Positions 9,012-16,100 of a stretch of 41,380 nucleotides of DNA are shown piece by piece; within the stretch, counting starts at the first letter, position 1; each line of letters starts with the position of its first letter. The position numbers were made by a program, and so were the translations under genes. The DNA is taken from the IMG/VR virus record IMGVR_UViG_3300009514_000007, positions 1 to 41,380 of that record, one strand, 5' to 3'. The notes under the pieces were generated by a model, which was given only the letters and a program-made list of their open reading frames with translations, was not told where the DNA came from and ran no database searches. The DNA is from a virus.

Positions 9012-10023
9012 AATGCACCCCGGAGTAGGATTGGATTGCGGCACGATGAATTTCGTTTCCGCACGGCTGACGGACGAGGGAATTCGTACTCGTCGGATGC
9101 GAGATGCGTTTCTCGACCTCCCGCTGGAGAGCAAGAAGATGCTCAAACTCGGTGGGGTCAACTACGTCGAGATGGGCGAGGGCGACGACAAGGTACTCGT
9201 CGTCGTTGGTGACGCCGCGATGGAGTACGCCAATCTGTTCGGCAAGGACGTTCGGCGACCGCTCCAAGCGGGGCTGATCTCTGCTGGTGAGATCGACGCG
9301 ATCGACGTGCTCGGTGTTTTGGTCAAGCACGTCCTCGGTGACCCGACCGTGCCCGACGAGTATTGCTACTTTTCGGTTCCGGCGGCTCCGGTGGACGACC
9401 CGTCCAAGAACGTGATCTACCACCGTGGCGTGTTGGAGCGGATCATCGGAGCGTGTGGGTACACGCCCGTGGCCTCCAACGAGGCCCTGGCGATCATCTA
9501 TGCCGAGACAGCCAAGGACGGGTTCTCGGGCATCGGTATCTCGATGGGCTCGGGCATGAGCAACGTCGCGCTCGCCATCGGCACGATCGAGGGGCTGTCG
9601 TTTTCGGTGGGTCGCGGCGGCGACTGGATCGATCAAGGCGCTGCGTCGTCCCTGGACTCCACGGCGGCGAAGATGTGCGCGCTCAAGGAGAAGGGCATCG
9701 ATCTGATGAATCCGACGAGCCGCGAACAAGAGGCTTTGGCGGTCTATTACAAGCATCACATTGAGTACGTGCTCGACCTGTTCATCGCTGAATTCGTCAA
9801 GATCAAGGACAAGTTCGCCATCCCCAAGGCCATCCCTATCGTCGTCGGCGGAGGTACCAGTCTCCCCGATGGCTTCATGCCGTTTTTCCGTCAGGTGTTC
9901 GACGCCAAGAAGCGCAAGTTTCCGATCGAGATTTCGGAGGTCCGTCACGCTTCTGCCCCGCTCAATGCGGTGGCGCATGGCTTGCTGATTCAAGCGGGGC
10001 AAGAGTACGAGGACGATGAATGA
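9004..10023 (+). CDS. Actin-fold ATPase (MreB/MamK-like, 339 aa)
   Basis: The actin/Hsp70 motifs occur in order: phosphate-1 VGLDCGTMN, connect-1 NEALAIIY, phosphate-2 GIGISMGSGMSNV, GRGGDWID, adenosine IVVGGGTSLPDGF and connect-2 PLNAVAHGL. The size matches MreB-type actins. Confidence 0.85.
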   Translation: MTEMHPGVGLDCGTMNFVSARLTDEGIRTRRMRDAFLDLPLESKKMLKLGGVNYVEMGEGDDKVLVVVGDAAMEYANLFGKDVRRPLQAGLISAGEIDAIDVLGVLVKHVLGDPTVPDEYCYFSVPAAPVDDPSKNVIYHRGVLERIIGACGYTPVASNEALAIIYAETAKDGFSGIGISMGSGMSNVALAIGTIEGLSFSVGRGGDWIDQGAASSLDSTAAKMCALKEKGIDLMNPTSREQEALAVYYKHHIEYVLDLFIAEFVKIKDKFAIPKAIPIVVGGGTSLPDGFMPFFRQVFDAKKRKFPIEISEVRHASAPLNAVAHGLLIQAGQEYEDDE

Positions 10024-10312
10024 CGAGTTCGATACAAGGAAAGCGAAGATCGTAGATCGCTTGACCGAGGCTATACGTGACCTTTCCGAGCTTTACGCCA
10101 ACCACCCTGAGCAGGTTGCTCAGTGTGTGGACGAGCCTACGGCGACCATCACCGTGTTCTCGCGGAAAGGTGGTGAGACAGCCGAGATCGTCAATGCTTT
10201 TCCGGTGTCCAGCCAGCACACGTCTTGGGATGCAGACCGAGACGCGTACATTTGGGGGCCGGTCGTTTACTGCGTCTTTGGGGTATCCCGAGGCGAATTA
10301 CCTATCCACTAG
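10016..10312 (+). CDS. Hypothetical protein (98 aa)
   Basis: Overlaps the actin-like gene stop by 8 nt, with GAGGA upstream. Confidence 0.6.
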   Translation: MNDEFDTRKAKIVDRLTEAIRDLSELYANHPEQVAQCVDEPTATITVFSRKGGETAEIVNAFPVSSQHTSWDADRDAYIWGPVVYCVFGVSRGELPIH

Positions 10313-10356
10313 CAACAGGCCAAACAGGCCACAACCACAACCACAAGGACAAGAAC

Positions 10357-10734
10357 ATGACACGCAAGCAAGTTGCGGACACAAAACAGGATGGGGTCAC
10401 GCCCATCGCCTTCATCGTTGGCACTGTCTCTGAGTACCTTCACAGGACCGGAAGCAAGGACTGCCCATGCAGTCACACTTTCCCTGGATGCGCCGTGTGC
10501 AGGCCGCATCACGCGGGTTTCCAGATTCAGGCGGCGATGGCGGACGAGCGGGTTGCCCGAGTGATGGCTCATGCCCGTCACGAGAGTGTGCGCTCGATCT
10601 TCATGCGCAACGACACCCTGCCTACGGGCAAGGCGCTCGACACCGCCTTTTGGTCGCTGGCCCTGCAAGGGGTTAGTGAGCCGGTGCTCGGCCAGCTTCG
10701 GGCGGCCAGCGAGGCACAGCGGGAGGTCGCCTGA
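10357..10734 (+). CDS. Hypothetical protein with a putative Zn-binding H..CPC...CxxC motif (125 aa)
   Basis: AAGGA SD before ATG 10357. Contains YLHRTGSKDCPCSHTFPGCAVC. TGATG coupling to the next gene. Confidence 0.65.
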   Translation: MTRKQVADTKQDGVTPIAFIVGTVSEYLHRTGSKDCPCSHTFPGCAVCRPHHAGFQIQAAMADERVARVMAHARHESVRSIFMRNDTLPTGKALDTAFWSLALQGVSEPVLGQLRAASEAQREVA

Positions 10735-11021
10735 TGGCTGGCAAGACTCTCACTCAACTCATGCGCGCGAAGGTGATCGAAACGGAGCACACGGCCCCAC
10801 GGATCACTGGCGAATTCAATGTCGCCGTCCCCGTCCCCGGCGGGTTTCGGATCGAGCGTAGATCGAATATGGACGATAGCTGGATCGAGGACTACGACCC
10901 TGAGCGATGGGGCGTAATTGGACCTGCGGGCATCATCCATGTCCCCGATCTTGGCCTGCGCCGGGAGGCCGCCGCTAGGGTGGCTATGCGCTATCGTAGT
11001 CGAAGGGCTGCGATCACGTAG
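10734..11021 (+). CDS. Hypothetical protein (95 aa) with a C-terminal AARVAMRY motif
   Basis: TGATG-coupled start, with GGAGG upstream. Confidence 0.7.
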   Translation: MAGKTLTQLMRAKVIETEHTAPRITGEFNVAVPVPGGFRIERRSNMDDSWIEDYDPERWGVIGPAGIIHVPDLGLRREAAARVAMRYRSRRAAIT

Positions 11022-11036
11022 CCGGAGGGTACGGCC

Positions 11037-12314
11037 ATCTACTTTCAACTCACAGATTCGGTACAACGTCGCTTCATCTTGGAGCTACGTCGGTTCTGGT
11101 CGTACCACCCGAAATTTCGGGACATCGTTGATCACATCCAGGGCAAGTATTCGTGGAAGGAACGCCCACAGCGGGGCATCGTGCTCAAGAACAGTAGCGG
11201 CAACCAGTTCCAACTGGCGGCCGACAACTTTCAGGGCACGGTGTTCTCGCACATCCACCAAGCACGGGTGGAGAACTACCCTGGAGTGGCCTTGGAGTGG
11301 GTTCGGGAGGACGGTCGCGCGATCCAGCGCAACAACGGCATCTTCCCGAGCGCTCCGGGCATTTACTACATCGAGATCACCCACGTCGCCGAGAATTGCT
11401 CGTACTTTGAATTCTACATCGACCCCCTACTCGACGTGGTAGGGGAGTCGGTGACGATGGTGAGCGAGACGGTTGGGGTGCTCCAGTCGGGTAAATTCCT
11501 CGACGGCACGCTCCGCCTGTTCCAGATGCCTGGCAATGTCCCGCTCTTTGAGGGGATCAACTACACGGCCGACACGGACACGGGCGAGATAACGCTCCTG
11601 ATCCCGCTCCCCGAGGGTGGGTTCCTGTCTGCCGAGTATCGCTGGCCCGCTTCGACCAACGCTGAATCGGCCGCTGTGCGTCCCCTGGACGCCGCTGGTA
11701 ACGCTCAGCCGTGGACGGGGATGCCTAACCGGGGGCTGATCGAACCGCTCCCTGGAGTCGTGCTCGCGTTTGGGACACGCATCGAGGAAGGCGATCGGAT
11801 GGCGGTCGTCGTGGGGCACAACCGGGCTCCGACCGCGCAGGAGTATGGGGGCCGGTGGAACCTTTCGATCGATTTCGACGTGATGGCCCGAGATCCGTAT
11901 GACCAACGCGAGATTTTGGATCGCACCATGCTCTATCTCTGGGCCGTGCTTCGTTCTCGCCTGAGCACGGAGGGTATTGAGATCGAGGCGGTGAACGGTG
12001 GGGGCGAAACCGAGGAAATTTACGACGAGAACGGCGACGACTATTTCTACAACGCCAGCTTCTCGGTTCAGATCCAAACGGACTGGTCGATCCATGTTCC
12101 GATCGCGGCCACCATCCAGCGCGTCCAGCCGGTGTCGTTGAGCGTTGAGCAGCAAGCGGCCTCCATGACGCCCGAGGAAATCGCCATGCTGGAGAGCAAT
12201 TTCCAAATGCTCGATGGCATGGGGCTCAAGCTGGTGGACGACCCGTTCTTTGGAGGCCGTCCCGGCAGGAATCCAATTCTGCCCCGATCCTCCACGTTTG
12301 AGGTCATTCGGTAG
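11037..12314 (+). CDS. Putative tail terminator/tail-completion protein (425 aa if the AUC start is used; the track starts at TTG 11079)
   Basis: GGAGG at 11024-11028, then 8 nt, then in-frame ATC (IYFQLTDSVQRRFILELRRFWSYHP). The C-terminal LSIDFDVMARDP..QREILD...YFYNASFSVQIQTDW resembles tail terminators. Located just before the sheath. Confidence 0.6.
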   Translation: MYFQLTDSVQRRFILELRRFWSYHPKFRDIVDHIQGKYSWKERPQRGIVLKNSSGNQFQLAADNFQGTVFSHIHQARVENYPGVALEWVREDGRAIQRNNGIFPSAPGIYYIEITHVAENCSYFEFYIDPLLDVVGESVTMVSETVGVLQSGKFLDGTLRLFQMPGNVPLFEGINYTADTDTGEITLLIPLPEGGFLSAEYRWPASTNAESAAVRPLDAAGNAQPWTGMPNRGLIEPLPGVVLAFGTRIEEGDRMAVVVGHNRAPTAQEYGGRWNLSIDFDVMARDPYDQREILDRTMLYLWAVLRSRLSTEGIEIEAVNGGGETEEIYDENGDDYFYNASFSVQIQTDWSIHVPIAATIQRVQPVSLSVEQQAASMTPEEIAMLESNFQMLDGMGLKLVDDPFFGGRPGRNPILPRSSTFEVIR

Positions 12315-12373
12315 GTACGCCCTCGATCAGATCTGCCTCACAAAGCGCTGTAGGGCTGTGGAGCGGCTCCCGC

Positions 12374-12386
12374 TAGTCCCCCTATA
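12374..12386 (+). promoter_or_regulatory. Putative phage late promoter TAGKCCSCCTATA (copy 2)
   Basis: TAGTCCCCCTATA is intergenic, upstream of the FmdB-like/sheath block. Confidence 0.65.
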
Positions 12387-12415
12387 AATCCCGCTTTGTG
12401 ACGGAGGACTGTCCG

Positions 12416-12919
12416 ATCCCGATCTACGAGTACCAGTGCGCCGCGTGTGGCCTGAGATTTGAGAAGATGCTGAGCGCTACCAAAGCTGCGGCTGACCAGC
12501 CGTGCTCGCGGTGTGAAGCCGTCTCCCCTCGCTACCTCTCGGCCCCCTCGTTTGCTTTTGGTGGACGGTCGGATGGCGCCCGCCCGCAGAACACGGGGGC
12601 GACGAGCGTGGACCTGGATTGGGATCGTGCCGTGGGGCGTGACGCCGAGGTTCAGTGGGAAGCGGTGTCCGCGCGGCTCGCTCGCAAGCGACAGATCATG
12701 GCCGAGACAGGAGCGACGGGATTCGATCTCACCGCGACTCCCTCGACCGAAGCCGAAGGCCCCTCGGACTACCGAGTGATGCGGCCGGAGGAACGACGCG
12801 CTGCGGAGACAGCGCGAAGCCTTCACCACGGAGCGGTCAACAAGATCAAGGCGTTCATCGCCGACCGCAAGCAACAAGATTCCCGGCCGCGTGCGGCTGG
12901 TGAAAGGCCCCGCTCGTGA
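12416..12919 (+). CDS. FmdB-family zinc-ribbon protein (167 aa from a probable AUC start; the track starts at GTG 12398)
   Basis: (I)PIYEYQCAACG.RFE...CSRC matches the FmdB N-terminal consensus MPIYEYxCxxCG. GGAGG at 12403-12407 lies 8 nt before the ATC that occupies the Met position. Confidence 0.75.
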   Translation: MPIYEYQCAACGLRFEKMLSATKAAADQPCSRCEAVSPRYLSAPSFAFGGRSDGARPQNTGATSVDLDWDRAVGRDAEVQWEAVSARLARKRQIMAETGATGFDLTATPSTEAEGPSDYRVMRPEERRAAETARSLHHGAVNKIKAFIADRKQQDSRPRAAGERPRS

Positions 12920-13166
12920 GAGTGGCGTCCAACCTGAGCGGCATCGCCGCCAAATGTAAATCGACCAACAAATAGACGTACCGGGCACTCGCCCACTTTG
13001 CGCTGACTACCTCCCTTCGGGGATGGACACGACCCGACAGATCAACAGTAGCGACGGAACCCAACTGAAACGCACCGGCCCCAATGCAAGGGCCTAACTG
13101 GAACGCTACTCGCGGCAAATTTGCCGCCACAGGGATCGTTTGTCCCTAAATCGAACGAGGTGAGTG
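12920..13166 (+). promoter_or_regulatory. Structured non-coding leader upstream of the tail sheath
   Basis: Hairpins at 12938-12950, 13012-13023 (cUUCGg), 13112-13127 (perfect palindrome GCGGCAAATTTGCCGC) and 13131-13147. Long-range stem AGTAGCG (13047-13053) with CGCTACT (13104-13110). Confidence 0.45.
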
Positions 13167-16100
13167 ATGGCCTTTCCCGGCTCGGTATACGCGCCCCCAA
13201 GTGTTTACACGCAAACGCTTTTCAACAACCCGGTTCAAGCCGCTGTCACGGGGGTTCGCATCCCCGTGTATCTCGGCACCGGCAACGAGATCCTGACCCA
13301 AGAGGACTTGCAAGTAGTTCGTGGGTCGAGTGCGTCCGTTGACCAACAGGTTCCCAAGGAAGATCTCGACGGCCGCGCGGTCGCCGACATCCTGGCTTCG
13401 GGCCAGGTGATCCTCGGCAACTTTGACGGTTCGCGTCGGCTCGTTCAGGTTCGCAATTTCCCGATCGTGACGGGCGACGGCAGCGGGACAACCGCCGTCA
13501 ACGCGGCGAACATTCGGGTGACGATCAATGGTCGTCCCGATGTGGTTCTGACCGTCCGTGGCGACGAGGGAATTCTGGAGCTTTCGACGGCGCCGACCCC
13601 GGAGGACGAGGTTCGGGTCACGTACTTTTTCAACCGCACGGACACTCAGGCGACCGACAATGTGTCGGCCCAAGTGACCCCGAGCGCGGCGATCATCCGG
13701 GGGCTCAACGGCGAGCCCGTGGGTGGGTACGAGGTACTCCCCGGCAACAACACCCTGATCGTCAACGTGGACGGTGAGGATGTTGTCGTGGATTTCGGCA
13801 CCGGGTTCAAATCCGCTGCGACCCTCGTCTCCCTGATCAATGGTGCAGGTGCGGCGACCTCACTCACCGCCACGACCTACGGCACCAACTTTGGGGAGAT
13901 CGCGGTCGCTCTGACCGCTGGCGAGGATTTGGAGATCGGGGCAGGCTCGGCCAATACCCTGCTCGGCTTCACCACTGGAGACTCCACAAGCCGTCAAAGG
14001 GTGTTCTACACCTACAACGGCCCCATCGTTGAGGGCGACAATGGCGGTATCACCACGACCGACCCCTCCAAGGTCACGGTCACGGTGGACGGTCAAGAGG
14101 TCGTTCCCTCGGCGGTCAACGGCCAGACTCGTGGCGTGACCCTGCCCTTCGCGCCGCCCTCTGGCTCGACGGTCGAGATCACCTACTTTTGGAACACCTG
14201 GCAGGACACGTTCGACTACCTGGCGCACATCAATGTCACGGACATTCAGCGCGTCGGAATCGTGCCCGGCAACAGCGATTTCATCGAGCAGGCGGACTAC
14301 GTTCTCAAGAACGACCTGATCGTGTGGGGCACCGCTGCTCTGATCGAGAGCGGGGTCAACACCCAAGGCACCGCCCTTTTCAACGAATCGCAGGTCACTG
14401 CAAACCTCGTGGACGTTCAGAGTTTCCTGAGCGTGGCGACCCCGGTGACGGACACCACCGTCAACCCGCCGCTCACGAGCACGACTCGGTTCCAGCTTCC
14501 GCTCCAGCCCACGACGGGCAACGGGCGCAACACTCCGCTTGGATCGGATCTGTTCCAGACGGTGAGCAACGGTCGAATCGACCTGCCCACGAACCGCCCG
14601 GATCTCGTCCAGGCGTATTGGGGCTGGTCCGTGCAGGACGCTCTGGAGCGCGGCCAGGTCACGGTTTTGCGTGTCGAAGGCACCGAGATCACGCTCGCAG
14701 AGGCCGTCCCGGTCGGTGCGACGGTCTACGCGACCTTCTACTACAACACCCTCGTTGACGAGGAATACACCCTTGAGGTTGACGTGCCCGGCCCCGCTGG
14801 CATCGGCACGTATTTCGTCAAGGACAAGAATGGTCGTGACCTGTTCACCCCGCGTTTTGGCGCGAAGGGTGCCCTGCTCACGGGCATCACGGTCCAGTTC
14901 CCGAGCGGGTCGGAGCTTACGCCCGACGTTCGCTTTGAGAGCGGATCCCAGGGGCCGGTCGAGGAAACCGTCACGGTTACCTTCGCCAACAAGGACGCCA
15001 CGCTTGCCAAGTACAGCGTGCCTGGCTCGGGTCCGTATTTCACGATCACGGACGCCTCGGACCATGCTCGGTTCACCATCGACAGCACCGCGCTCACGGG
15101 TGGCGGCGCTGGCATCGACCTGAGCCGCGTCGATGGCATCGAGGGCCTTGGCTTCTCGGCTCACCTGCTCGGTGAGGAAATCGCCTACACGGCTGCTTCG
15201 GGTCTTACGACCTACGATGTCGAGTCTGGCGTGAATGACGAGCTTGCGCTCACCCTGGACGGTGTGACGATCACCGTTTCGGTTCCGCCTGGAACCGGCG
15301 TGGATGCTAGCCGCTACGTTGACGCGATCAATGAGCAGGCCAAGAGCACGGACAACCCGACCGTTTACACGGCGGCGACCCGCTTCACGGGCGCAACCGA
15401 GATCACGGCCGGCGAGTACGACAAGTTCACGTTCCACTACAACGGCGACGTGGCTGGCCTCTCGGGTCCGCTGGCGATCACCATTCCACCCGGCACCTAC
15501 AACAGCCCGGCGACCCTCGCTACGGCGATTCAGGGTGTCGTGACTGCCGCCATCGGTGGTCTGGGCGCTCCCTTTGCCGGGTTGGCCCTCACGGTGGGTG
15601 CGAATGCGAACGGCCAACTGACCTTCGCTCTCGATGCCGCCACGGGTGACAAGGGAACGGCGTGGACCGACACCATTACGGTGACGGGCGCTCCGCTCCC
15701 CGTTCCGGGCGACACGGTGGACATCACCGACCCGCTCGGCAACGTCGAGACGTTCACCGCGACGGCCACTGCGACCGTGATCGGATCCGGGGCACGCAAC
15801 TTTGACGTGTCCTCGGGTGTTGCGGCGACGATCGCTACCGAGCTTGACTCGGCGATCAATGACCCGACCAACGGCATCGCGGACACCCTTACGTCCGTCC
15901 CGGTCGGTGCGACGTGTGTTCTCACGGCGGTCGATGTGGGCGTGGTGAGTAACCTGATCAGCATCGCCTTCACGGGCACCATCGGTGCCTTCACCCTCGT
16001 CGGCGCCGTCCCCGGTACCGCAGCGGGTGGTGGCTACCTGGAATTCCTCGATGGCCCCTCGGCCGCAGAGGATTTCTCGGTGCTCGCAGGCATCTCCACT

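Noticed and set aside
10734-12314. TAG readthrough/stop-codon recoding (10734..11021 is in frame with the next gene; likewise 6195 with 6199)
   Set aside because: Very long ORFs contain no internal TAG, and the sheath and tube end at TAG at natural C-termini, the sheath being followed by a terminator. In-frame adjacency also occurs with TGA (2289/2293). A strong SD plus ATC explains 11037 better.
12920-13166. tRNA or known ribozyme in the long intergenic leaders
   Set aside because: No cloverleaf with a TTCGA T-loop/CCA end and no recognisable ribozyme core could be identified by eye.
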